Part shown: positions 1 through 12,158 of the stretch, in pieces
How the letters are laid out: the number at the start of each line of letters is the position of its first letter
Numbering within the stretch: the stretch's first letter is position 1
Assembly (NCBI GenBank): GCA_017499595.2
Contig: CM039004.1
Span: forward strand, 1,860,001-1,924,000
Source of the DNA: Psilocybe cubensis
Taxonomy: Eukaryota
DNA length: 64,000 nucleotides
Direction: 5' to 3'
Translations under genes and position numbers: made by a program
Notes under the pieces: generated by a model
What the model saw: only the letters and a program-made list of their open reading frames with translations
What the model was told of the DNA's origin: nothing
Database searches by the model: none

Positions 1-1
1 G

Positions 2-73
2 GAGACCGCTGCGCTGCCAGCGCCACGCCGGTACGCACTACCTCTTGGACGCGTAGTGTACACGCCGTTTTAG
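2..73 (+). CDS. Possible 3' end of an upstream gene (…ETAALPAPRRYALPLGRVVYTPF*)
   Basis: A GC-rich open frame ends in TAG at 71-73, followed by an abrupt switch to AT-rich, 3'UTR-like sequence. No family recognised. Confidence 0.3.
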   Translation, partial: ETAALPAPRRYALPLGRVVYTPF

Positions 74-420
74 ATTCTCTGGAAATTATATTTAAATGTA
101 TGAAACATATAAACTTGCTACATAAACCAGATTTTAATGTCCGGGAGCATTTGGACATTATTTGGATTGAAGCTGGTCTTTGTATACAGGATTCTAACGT
201 GCTCAGAGCAACGTATGTGGGACTGATCATTTTTAACGCAGATAGTATATGAGACTCAACATTTTATATACAGAATAAATGTACAATCCGGCAACCATAT
301 AACCATAAGCCAAAAGATAGGGTTTCTTTCCCGACGGCTTGTAAGCAACGGTCGAAGATAGGAGAAGGACTGCCGAAAATTGTGTCTGATGGTTTGTGAT
401 GAAGGAAAAGAGGGCGGGCA

Positions 421-1008
421 TTATGTGTTAATGCGAGGAAGTCCGTTTGGGGAGCAATAAGCGCTTTGTCCCAGCAATTCCACGAAATCCGCGGCATTCA
501 AAAAATCGACGGAAACCGGAACGTCAACTGGTGCGGGCGTAGTAGGTCCTTCTGAGCAATGCTCGTCCCTGTAGCAATATCTTAGTTTTAGATTGTAATT
601 CCAACTGAACGACTGAAGGAAAAGGAGACACATTGAGATTCAAGAAATATTGGGCACTCACGCGAATACATAGCACGATGCAGGTTGGCAAAATACGGCG
701 TTCGCGATTGTTTTCCCGTTCTTTCGCCACGGGACACATTGATTATATTGAACCACTTCTGGCGGCCCTTCTCCGTAACGAATGCCTGCAAACTTCATAT
801 AGTTGAATATTGACAACTGTATCATTAGAAAAGGGAATGAAAATATAGGACATACAACTAGCTTTGGATCAGCAGCTTTACATGCGTCGTATAGCTCAGC
901 ATCCTTCTCCAGGCTAACATCAGGTCCTACTACGCCAGGAATTGTGGTCGATATAGCTGAAGACGCTGAAGCTAGTAGCGCTACAATTTGAACAAAAAGC
1001 TTCAACAT
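421..1008 (-). CDS. Small secreted cysteine-rich protein (~140-150 aa, 3 exons)
   Basis: ATG at 1008 begins a signal-peptide-like MLKLFVQIVALLASASSA. Donors are GTATGT (855) and GTGAGT (~660). An acceptor at 569 joins in frame to DEHCSEG…PRINT*. The mature part has six Cys. Confidence 0.7.
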
Positions 1009-2171
1009 AGCGAATAAAAAGACAACTGATCCGCAAGAGACGAAACGGATTGGTGATGATGAAGGTGGGTACCACGATGGCTTGTCCATTTTATACTTGG
1101 CTCAACAACTGGATTCATAATCGTAAGACTTGAAAAGGTCGCGACGCGAGGGCTGAGGTAGTAGTAGTGGAGGGAAGCGGCGTTCTAGTTCGAAAAGACG
1201 CCAGAATATACTTTAGGAAGGCCTAATAGTTGACTAGAAGACAGTGAAAATCAAAGATCAAACCTGGTTAGTGGGGAAGAGCCACACAAATTAAAACCTC
1301 GGAAGCGAAGGTAGGTTCCAAAACAACTAAAATATTGTGGAGACATAAGAAATTAACAAGAATATGCCCCCTTATAATTTCCCGTCCGGAGAAATCGACT
1401 TGGAGAGACGATATAACACAAGATTGTTACGGTTGTGTGATTTACATATTGATACCGCATACACCACTTCCGAAATACGGCGTGTAGCTAGAATTTGCCA
1501 TTACCATGATTCAAGGAAACCAGAGTCGAAAAACAACGATTTCACTTATTTTGGTTTAACGCACAGAATTCGCAAACCATGATGACAGAGGATAAATTCG
1601 GGCGATAAGAGTATCCACTCCCCTGTCGGTTGAAGAAGTTTGACCGAGTAGACGATAATAGCACAGAAATTGGCCTGCATAAATTACCACATTAATACAT
1701 CCATAGTTAATTGCACATTGAAGACATCTCACTATGCTAGGTTTCTCAGTACTGAGTCGGCGCTTCCGAGCCCTTTTGAACCTCTTCTTTGTTGTACGAG
1801 TTCAAGACCTGTCATGACACGCGGTTAGTATGTGTCGCAAATTCTGCAAAATGTCGTAAAACACCAACATGCAGCTAAGCTTTAAAATCGGTGTTGCGTG
1901 AATGGACAGTGTTGGAATTTTGATCTCCAGGGTTTATGACAGCCTCGCACACTGACAGAGGATTGCCGCCTACATGGGAACAAGGTGGGAAAGGCGAGAG
2001 AATGTTGAATTGGTCGTTTGGAGTTGCTCGATAAGATAATGTTGTCGGAAATAGCCGTTGTAAGCAGATGATGATGGTGGTATGGCTACAGTAGGCAACT
2101 ATTGCGAACGAGGAATTTAAAGGTACTCCTGATTTATCGACACATCTGACATTCTGTCCCAAACCATCAGG

Positions 2172-5123
2172 ATGTCCTCGTTGATAACCATTGTACGCAA
2201 CAGTAAGCAACATTCAACCTGCGTTTCCTATACATTGTAGTAACTGTGCTCCCTAGAGTTCTTGGAAGCAATACGTTCCGTCAACCCGCCCACGCGTTGG
2301 AAGATTCTCGTCGTTGATGAATACTCTCAGAAACTCTTAGGCGCTGTCCTGAAGCAGTTTGATATCTTGGAGGAGAATGTAACCTGTGCGTTTCATGAAT
2401 GCTATAGCACTCCGTCATCACTCAAATACCGGCCATCTACATGTTTTAAAGTGATCGAATCCATTACCAGTATTCGCGAGCCCCAGCCAGGTTTCGAGGC
2501 CATATACTTGCTGATGCCGACAAGCCAGAACGTTGACCGCATCATCAGAGACTTCTCCAATAATAAGCAATATGCTGCAGCACACTTGTTCTTCATTGAA
2601 GGTAGGTCGCTTGGCGTACTTCGACCCTATTATCATTCAAGTGACATTCGTAGGTCTCCCGGAGAAATTGTTTGAGCGCCTGACATCATCACCCGCCGAG
2701 CCCTACCTTCAAGCGCTGAAAGAGCTTTTTCTCAACTTCAATGGTAGGTCTGCGATTGAGCCGCGATGATCCGCTCCTCATCCTTACGTTGCAGCCATCG
2801 AGGCCCAGGCATTTTCTATGAATGAACCTGGTTACTTTTTCAGCATATACAGTCCACCTAGAACAGAATCTTCCTACAAACCTGCACGGGCACGCTTAGA
2901 AGAAGACCTGAGATTCATGAGTAAAATGGTTGGTACTGTTGCATCTTATTATCCATTGGCGCTGATGATCTTCTACAGATCTCCAATGTTTGTATATCTC
3001 TGAACGAATTTCCATATATCCGATTCTACATGCCTTCCAGTCATCAACCCCTTGGACCATTGAAACCCAATGCACAAACTCGACCACCACCACCACCCGA
3101 GGGCGCGAGCCGATGGAGAACAAACCTGGCTCGCGGTGCAGAAGCGCGGGCATATGAGTCCGTAGAATCAGACTTTGTCACCAAGCTACTTGCATTTATG
3201 GTCCAAGACGCACTAGAGGAGCATAAGAAGATGAATCCTGATTTTGGAGTTCGTGTTCTTGTCATACTGCAAGTAGTGTTATGCTAACCAATCGGCAGAA
3301 AGTCGATCCTGCTCGACCAAGAGCCACGTTACTGATTACAGATAGGTCGATGGATATGATGGCTCCATTTGTGCACGAGTTCACATACCAAGCTATGGCC
3401 AACGACCTTTTACCCATTGAAAACGGAACAAAATATTCGTTTGTCAAAACCCTTTCACTCACCCGTCATTATCTAATGTATGCATTGATAGATACAAATT
3501 TCAGTCGTCCATGGGTGCTTATGAGGATAAAGTCGCCATTTTGTCAGATGCTGATACTACTTGGACTTCCGTTCGCCACCTTCACATGCGCGAAGCTATT
3601 GATAAACTTATGTCTGATTTCAACAAGTTCCTGGAAGAAAACGCCGTCTTCAAAGGGTAAATCTCCTTTTTTAGATAAAGTTTTTGATTAATCTTTCATT
3701 TCATTTCCAGAGAAGGTGCTGCCAACCTTAATGACATGAAGGATATGCTTGCAAACTTGCCTCAGTATCAAGAACAACGTGAAAAGGTGAATACTTTCTA
3801 ATTAATGTTAATCCCCGTTGTAACCTCCTACATAGTTTTCCTTGCATCTAAATATGGCACAGGATTGTATGGCCCTTTTCGAAAAGGAGAAGCTCTCAGA
3901 AATCGCAAATGTTGAACAGGTGCGAACATATCTTATTTCTGTTATAAATCCATCTGATTTATATTTGCAAAGTCGTGCGCAACAGGCCTCACCGCTGAAG
4001 GCAAGACTCCAAAAAGCCTTGTAGAAGAGATGGTACCTCTCCTAGATAGTAGAGATGTTCTGTGGGTTAACATTCATGATTGTTTTTTATATTTGGTACT
4101 TATGAGTCTCCAAGGAACATGCGTAAAGTACGAATCATCGCGTTGTATATTCAATACAGAGACGGTGTACCGGATGAAGATCGCAGACGATTATACCAAC
4201 ACGCAAGGCTGACTCTTGCAGAACAAGACGCTGTCAATGCTCTCGTCCATCTCGGTGTCCGGATCGCAAGAGTGTGTATAGGTGTTTGCAATGTTTGTTT
4301 TGTGAATGAATAGTCTACTAGGGTCCTACCGATAAAGACACGAAGAAGAAGATCAAACAAAAGATATCCGGAGATGAATACGAACTTTCTAGGTTTAAAC
4401 CTGCAGTGAAATCTATTATCGAGGTATATAGATTATCGATGCTGATTTTACCGCTGGCTTAAATTTTATCTCTAGGACCATGTCGCCGATAAATTAGACC
4501 CCGTAATGTTCCCCTACGTGAAAGACGCACCATCAGCCATGCCGTTATCCCCACGCTCACCTCCACCACAAACGACTTCTTTACGCAGTCAGAAACCAGC
4601 GTGGCATAGAGCCCCAAAAGCTTCTGTGCAGGTTGACAATCGACAGAGATTACTTCTTTTCGTCGCAGGTGGTGTAACGTACTCCGAGATGCGTGAAGTT
4701 TATCACCTATCAGAATCGTTACACAAAGATATTTTCATTGGTGAGTAGACCTTAAATGTACGCCTATATCTCATTCACACGCTTTTGGCAGGGTCCACAC
4801 ATGTTCTTACTCCCAAGGGCTTTGTCGACGATCTCAAAGTCCTTGACTTGGGAGGTGCCGGTTCCAGAGCTCTGCCAAACGGGCTCCGAGATATGAGAGG
4901 GGAACCAAAGTCTCATCAACAGCTTTACGATGAAAAATACTTCGTACAAGATGCACCTCCGCCTCAGCGTGTGGCGCCCAAGGCAGCGAAGAACCTTGCG
5001 CCACCACGCACAGCAACGCCAATACAAATATCTCCCACAAATTCTTATCAGGAATCCGTCAATTCTTCCGCACCCTCCGTAAAAGATGAAAAGAAGAAGA
5101 AACGAGGTCTTTTCCGCTTCTAA
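2172..5123 (+). CDS. SEC1: Sec1/Munc18 family SNARE-regulating protein (exocytic Sec1)
   Basis: Spliced start [17 protein letters not shown]. Motifs [49 protein letters not shown] and [15 protein letters not shown]. Basic C-terminus [10 protein letters not shown]. Multiple GT-AG introns. Confidence 0.93.
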
Positions 5124-5326
5124 TGGAGGGCCTTCAGCGTGGACCAACTGTAGTTATAATAATTGGCGTTTGATGTAATACAATCATATATACCTCAAGG
5201 ACGGATCAAATACATAGTGAGCCTTTAAAGATGCTTGGAGTGTTTCAAAACCAATTATTCAATCCTACATAATACATGGATAGCAGACAGGTATAGAGGT
5301 ACGGATGAAAGTATCGAAAACAATGA

Positions 5327-6909
5327 CTATGCCGTATATTCAAGCTTGGCTACACATGAAGTATAAGTATAATATTCAGAGTAGAAAGAATTTGTGTCAA
5401 CTCACTTTCATGCTTTTTGGCATCGCTAACTTTTCGAGCACCTTTACTCAAATCTTCCTGAGCGATGACATCCCTATTGTCGCGAATAGCAAACATGCCC
5501 GCTTCAGTGATTACGTTTCTCAGATCAGCACCGTTAAACCCATCCGTTAACTGACAAAACATCAGCAACTCCTGATTAGGAAGTAGGAAGCAGGGATCAA
5601 ACCTTGACAATAGCCTCAAAGTCGATGCCCTCTGCCTTCGAAACTTTCGCAGAATGAATTTTGAGAATTTCCAGACGGCCCTGTTCGTTAGGAAGAGGAA
5701 CTTCAATCTTTCGGTCCAAACGACCAGGTCGAAGAAGTGCAGGATCAAGGGTATCTGGTCGATTTGTTGCCATGATTAGTTTCGTTTTCCCCAAAGAATC
5801 GAAACCGTCCATCTGATTTAAAAGCTTTCCCCGAGTAGATCTCAGCTTGTTATCAGCTGTAGAAGGTTAGATGCAACACACCTCCATCAATGTTCTTTGG
5901 ATTTCACGATCTGCACTGGTACCTTCGGAGAAACGACGACCGCCAATGGCATCAATTTCATCCATGAAGATGACACAGGGTTCATGTTCTTTGGCGAATG
6001 CAAACATTTCACGAATAACACGGGCACTCTCTCCAATGTATTTGTCAACGATTGCCGATGAAACAACATTGAGGAACTTTGTGTTAAGGGTTGCTGCGAC
6101 CGCTCGTGCCAGGAGAGTCTTGCCAGTACCAGGAGGACCATATAACAAGACGCCTTTAGGTGGCTTGATGCCCACCCGGATAAATAATTCGGGGTTGAGT
6201 ATAGGAAGCTCGATAATCTAGGGTAGCAATTAACAGTGTGAAATCAATGGGAATCGTTCAAAGTAAGACGACCCACCTCTCGTAGTTCCCTAACTTGCTC
6301 GCTCAAACCTCCGATTGACGCAAAAGACGCATCTCCTGGATCCTCAAGACTCATCTTGTACACTACAGGGTCAACCTCTCGGGGCAGTATGCGCATGATG
6401 GTCAACGTCGTCATGTCGAGCGAGACTCGGGTTCCAGTCTTGAGTTTGTGTGCTGGAATTGCAGGACGATATGAAACAACATATCGAGGACCAGAAGACG
6501 CTTTAACAATGACTGGAGTATGGTGTCAGTTTCAGAACCATATCTGGTTGCTGATGCGGGACACATACATCGGTCCGAGTCGAGTTGCTTCATGACTTCG
6601 CCGATAATTTGTCCAACCGATTGCACGGCTTTAATGTCATCCTCTGTCTTTTCGTAATCCTTTTCCAAATCCTTTAATGACGTTCTGACTGAAATGCAAG
6701 GTAAAAAAGGTATTATGCAAATTATTGAATGCAAAGCCTACGGTTCTTCAAGTTGGTACTGCTAGCTTCATGAAGCCGTATTTTCTATACTGTGGTTAAC
6801 TGTAATGTTCAAACAAAATAAAAGGTATTCTCACTTCACGGTACGCCTTAAGGGTATCCTGTTTCCGCTGATCGAGAGCAATAGAAGATGATGAGGCTTG
6901 AGTGTCCAT
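5327..6909 (-). CDS. RPT4: 26S proteasome AAA-ATPase subunit Rpt4 (PSMC6)
   Basis: [17 protein letters not shown], Walker A GPPGTGKT, Walker B IFMDEIDA, Rpt4-type [22 protein letters not shown], and [23 protein letters not shown]. The last exon is TKLEYTA*. Confidence 0.95.
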
Positions 6910-7026
6910 GGCGGTTAAGAATGAGAACAAATCAGTGTCAGTACGCGTAAGTGCCCTGACGCGTTTAGGGTCATGCCAAATAAAGCACAAGTGATTATAT
7001 AACGCAAAAATAATCCGGTAAGCATC

Positions 7027-7108
7027 GGCCTGATGGTCTAGTAGTATGATTCCTTGTTAGGGTAACACCAAATCGAGGAGGTCCCGGGTTCAATTCCCGG
7101 TCAGGCCC
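7027..7108 (+). tRNA. tRNA-Pro, anticodon AGG, with a 10-nt intron (7063-7072)
   Basis: Acceptor stem GGCCTGA/TCAGGCC. Anticodon stem CCTTG/CGAGG with AGG at 7059-7061. T arm CCGGG-TTCAATT-CCCGG. Intron lies after position 37. Confidence 0.9.
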
Positions 7109-7117
7109 ACAGTTGAA

Positions 7118-7124
7118 TTTTTTT
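7118..7124 (+). terminator. RNA Pol III oligo-dT terminator of the tRNA gene
   Basis: T7 run 10 nt downstream of the tRNA 3' end. Confidence 0.8.
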
Positions 7125-7398
7125 CACCCATAACTTTGGCTGTCGTTCCCTACAAATGCAAGGCATGAAAAAGATGTAAAATGAAAATGAATAAAATTGC
7201 GAAGGGTATATGTGTGTAAATGGAACATGGTCGTAACTACATTGGTCGTATGCAAAATAAATATGCGAATAAACAGATCGTCAGACCTCATCAAGAGAGC
7301 TGGATGATGATGACATTCAAAGTTGTAACCAAGCGCCAGCTTGAGCAACAACTAGAATTGTAGGAAGCATCCAGGTTACACGAACTGCAAAGCCAGCA

Positions 7399-10300
7399 TT
7401 ACTTGGTGCGTCTTTTTCTGGATGTTCTCGTTTGTAGTACCGGTGGATGGATGCGAGATGTCGTCCTGGGTGCTTGGGTCGATATATGTGTCGGAGTGGC
7501 TTGGTTTCCCTGAATGAAGGTTTTCCAAGCGGCCCTGGTGGCAGCTGGGAAAACGTATGTCGACTGGGTAGCGCCATTGCCATAATAAATATTGTCTCCC
7601 CCCTGAAGAACACCCGCTAAAGATTGTACTTCGCCACCCACAACTGTCACGGAGCCGCCCTGAGATTTCACTAACCCAGTGGGATTGTTTCCAAGTATAA
7701 ACTCCCGCAAAAAAGTAAAGGCCTGTGTACAGTGTCACCTAGGGTCATGGGACATTTGTTCTGAATCTTAACTTACCGAAACCGGGTTAGATTGTCCAAA
7801 GAGGTGCCCCGAGGCGTAGAGTAGACCATAAGTCCATCCTCGTTCCTGATGAACAACACCCCCAAATTCTCCTTTATCGTTTTTCCAAGGCGTCGAAGGC
7901 TTTCGCGTGAAGCCTTGAATACCGCCAAACGTCGTGTTCTGGGAATGTTGTTTGATGACTAAGGTATAACAGAAAGAGTTCATGATTAATCACCTGGATA
8001 GCGACTAAAGAAATAACGGTTATTATCTGCGATTTTTAGTTATGATAACTTGGACTGACTTTCTGTCCCTCGGTGAGGAATGAGCATGTCATCATTTCCC
8101 GAGAATAAAACCACACCGACTCCACGTGCAGTTGCATTAACGGCGAGTGCATTGAAAATGTTTATGGACCTAAATAGATTTTAGTTGTCATGTGCCACAT
8201 ATATTTGTGAAATACACGTACATTGGGCCTAGAAATTATGCAACCAGTCAATTAGGAATGTCATATTTTAAGATTAAAACAACCATTAAACATACTAGGA
8301 TCTTCCTGGCCTGTAAAGTCAAAAGATAAGTTTGTCATCCATTGGGTTACAGCAAGGTTGACTTACTCAGTCCAAAAGGAAAGTCAGACTGCGCCTCCCA
8401 GTCTGTGCTCGTTGGGGCATGTAATGCTGCTCTTGTACGAGGGTCTATACCACGATTATCACTCAACAAATTATACCACAAGGACGTGTATAGGACGTAC
8501 CATTCATGAATACACTTGCGTCACGATTAACCTTCGGGTTCAAAGCATCAGGAATATCATATACCTGTCGCGAAATGACCGTTAGTTCTTGGCTGCTTTG
8601 GGTTGGGGATCATAAGTACACACGTTAATTGGGAAGCCCGCTTGGTCCGTGAGGTCTAGAGTATTTTGATTAGATAAAATATCAAGCATCTTGAAAGAAA
8701 ATGCCTCACTCCAAGGGAAAGTGAAGTTCACTGCATAGTCAATCGCCATATCCAACAAGAAGCAACCATACTGAATAACTGTCAGAACGTACACAAATAG
8801 TCTAACTTCAAAGACTGACCCAAGGATCAACAGTTCCATTGGTGCGGAGTGAGAGGTCCCGCTTCCATGCTGCTTTCTCAGCCGGAACATCACGTTTTGC
8901 GAGAGTCTTCGCTTGTTCTTCTCCTCGACGAGTAAGTTCCATTAAAAATGTTTTCTTGGTGTTGTATCTCATTTGCTTAAAAAACGGGATGTCACGTAAG
9001 GTAGGTTGGATGAAATTATTATCTGGGATGATTCCGTTCTGGGGGTATGTAAGATTAACGTCAAAACCGCAAAATGACGTCCTAAAATCGAGTTTAGTAT
9101 ACCTATATCATGAGAATTTACAAAAAAAAAAGTCCCAACTTACTGCGCTTTAAAGTAATTGTAAACATCTTGATCATAACCAATAAGTTGGGGGTAAGTT
9201 TCCAGCATACTAAGCTGTGGGTGTAAGCGTAAGTCGTACACAGAAATACTGGATAGGTAAGGTAGACAAACAGCGGGCAAAAGTTCGAATATTGGCTCTG
9301 AGGAGTATGTACCATCTCCGATTGCAATTTTTGCAATGCTGACAGGGGGCTTCGGCATGTCAAAATATGCCTTCAGAATATATGGCTAGCAGACATGTCA
9401 ATATATATAAATCGTTACACTTTGTGCAGAGCGTACAATATATTGGCCAGCATAACTTTCCCCTGTAAGGTATAACGGCCGGGTAGCCAGACTGGGGAAA
9501 ACTTTGACTAAATTGCCCAAAAAGCCCATCTATACAAAATGAGCTAAGTTGTTACCAGACATTTATTCAGCGAGACTTACAAAATCTTTCCCAATTTGGT
9601 CTTCATCAGCGACTGTATCGACGTCGGATGGTTATTATGGAAGCAATGACAGAGTAAATATTAACATACCATAGCCAGTCGCGTCGGCAGTCGCATAACC
9701 AGTCCCACTATAGAAAATTAAATACCTGAATGTTATATGGTAAAAACACGAACACGTACACAGGTTGGTCTATCCAGAAATAATCAGCCAACTTATTGAA
9801 TCCGTAAGGATTGGGGGAAGCAGAGTAGTCTGCATTTATATGTATTGGTCCATTCTTCACGGCGGAGTGAATAAATCTCTCCATGGGCAAATATCAAAAC
9901 ATACCTCAAAAAATAAGCCATACATGCTGGAAGATCCGGGACTGAGAGAAATAGTAGCAATTTCAGTAAACCTTCAATACGTCGGACGAAGCTGAACCTA
10001 CCCCCCGTTCAACCAAATACCCCAAGGGTCGCGATTGGCAGGTGAGGGTTTGGCGATCAGCGAATCTTTGGTTTTCTCAACGCCAATAAAGAATAACGTG
10101 TTGTTTGGGTGCCCTGCACGTTGAACTGGTATGTTGCCTGCATATGTTGTGCCAATGTTGAAAGTAATATTGGGCAATGGACTGGTAACCCGGAAGTCTA
10201 GAATTCAAAGAGGTGAGTTCCAGCTACATTACAAGCAGCAAAATAAAGCACATTTCTGCCATGCGGGGCTAAAATCTCCAGAAGGCTTTCCTGGGTAATC

Positions 10301-10402
10301 ATGGGGGAACGAACTGGGGAGTGTGGTTGGATCTTGAGAGACAGCAAACTGAGTCAAAAGCAACGAGAAAGCGAGGCAAGAAGAAAATCGTCGAAAAGTC
10401 AT
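7399..10402 (-). CDS. Secreted serine carboxypeptidase, peptidase family S10 (multi-exon; C-terminus may instead end at 7317)
   Basis: Signal peptide MTFRRFSSCLAFSLLLTQFAVS. Motifs IWLNGGPGSSS, IDQPVGTGY, catalytic-Ser YLTGESYAGQYIPY, IAIGDG and catalytic-His SGHL. Confidence 0.9.
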
Positions 10403-10919
10403 TACGAAATCGCCGTGAAATCTAGAAACGAAGGGAACCTCCGTTGACGCGGGTGAGTGTCGAATAGTCCACTCGTAGAGTGCCCGACTTTATACAATTA
10501 CGACGTTGCTGGTGGTGCACATGAGGGGCTTCCCGAACAATTAGGATATTTTTAGCTGTGAGCGTTTCGTAAGTCTCAGGGCGTCAGGCCCTCCCGGTTC
10601 CTAAGGCCGCAAGGTTTGATATCACGGATATTCTTATTGCAAGACACAAACCAACAGAAGGAACATGGGTTGCTTATTGTCTTAAGAGGCTTGCCGACAA
10701 TTGTCAGTTACTGATCCGCGCAAGAACATCGGGGTAAAGTCTTTCCCATGCAACACGCACGCTGGTCTGCCAGAAAGACAATAAAAATCATGTTGATGCA
10801 AGTGGGGATGTCCAATCCCCGGTTAGTGTGACATCGAGTGACAGGCGAGGTCACACCTGTGACCAGGCAATTTCTTGAGACATCGAGTTTGTGCTTTGCA
10901 CAAATCAAGGTTGCTCCAT

Positions 10920-11850
10920 TTTTTATGTTAATAGAGGCAGAACGTAGTTTATTTCTAAACCTATGGTATTAATTAGTTGTAAAAATTTGTCAACGTGTTT
11001 TAAATGCTTGATCAAGGTGTTTTGCCTGCCAAATTTAGACCTCAAAGATGTTTATGCATTATCTCCTCAGGAAATATACATATAGGTATGATCTGTAGAG
11101 TTTTTTTCATTAGAATTGAATTTGGAATCGATCTATCAGAGCCGGATTTTGAAATTCTTCCTGGTTTCTGAGATATACGTGTAATATAGGCACTTTAGCA
11201 TACTTAGAAGCACAATATAAAAAATCTGCTCTAATAGAGTTGTAGCATATGAAAATTAGATTACTTTATGTCTGCAAATCCACTTGCAGATTTGAGGCTG
11301 TAATGAGTTGATAGCCAAATACTGGTTATGGATTGATATAACTACCATTATATATACCATATATGTTATGGATTACATTAAATATTACTGAACTAAATTT
11401 CCCTTTAAAACAGCATTCCAGCGCAGTTAAATTTATGAGATTTGGTGAAGAATTGACCATTTTACACCTGTAACAATTTTTGGCCTTTGGATGGCTTGGA
11501 GCGGGAGCCACGCTCAGCCGCGTCTATTTTTGGGTGTGTCATTCAGGCATCGACCATGTTTAGATGAGAGAGCATATCTACATGAATTCTGCACCGATTT
11601 TCATGATTTAAGATGATAAATGCTCGGTTTTTTAAAGCCAATATGTCTATTCTCATCTCAAATTCCATACCATATTTCTCAGATCTGCAGCTTGTAAGTT
11701 CTCCTTTGTGATCATCACGTGATTTTTGGTAAATGGCTTATTCCATGTACTATTTGCATTAACGCCCTACTTTTAAGACTGAAATGTGTGTTATATGTGT
11801 GTTAGACTTCATTAGTGCTGAATTATAAGAAGGTAATCATCTGAAATGAA
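10920..11850. repeat. AT-rich non-coding tract with imperfect inverted repeats; possible degenerate non-autonomous DNA element
   Basis: Composition differs from the flanks and there is no credible ORF. Short IRs include TCTGCAA…TTGCAGA (~11271-11290) and TTTAGATGAGA…TCTCATCTCAAA (~11558-11662). No TIR/TSD could be delimited. Confidence 0.3.
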
Positions 11851-12158
11851 GAAATATAGGCATGTATCAGGTTTTGTGACAAAACCTTGCGTGACGCGTG
11901 ATTATGCCTGCCTGTCACGCTATCAGGGATTGTGCAACCCCAATGCAAGTGAAAGGGAAGAAACGGTGCGCTCTGACGCGCGTGGTTATTTGACAAGCGG
12001 GGTCAATGGGCACGCAAGCCGAGGCAAGCCGCTGTTCGCCGCTACAGCAGCCCATGATTTAGACATTTCGAGTCAGGTGATCCTCATTTCACTACTACCG
12101 CCGCATACTCATTCCTGGTATACTCGAGTCTCGACAATACTTCAACCTCTGCAGATAC

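Noticed and set aside
31-63. Hairpin GTACGCACTAC…GTAGTGTAC near the window start
   Set aside because: Short and imperfect, probably within a coding 3' end, with no further Helitron or terminator context.
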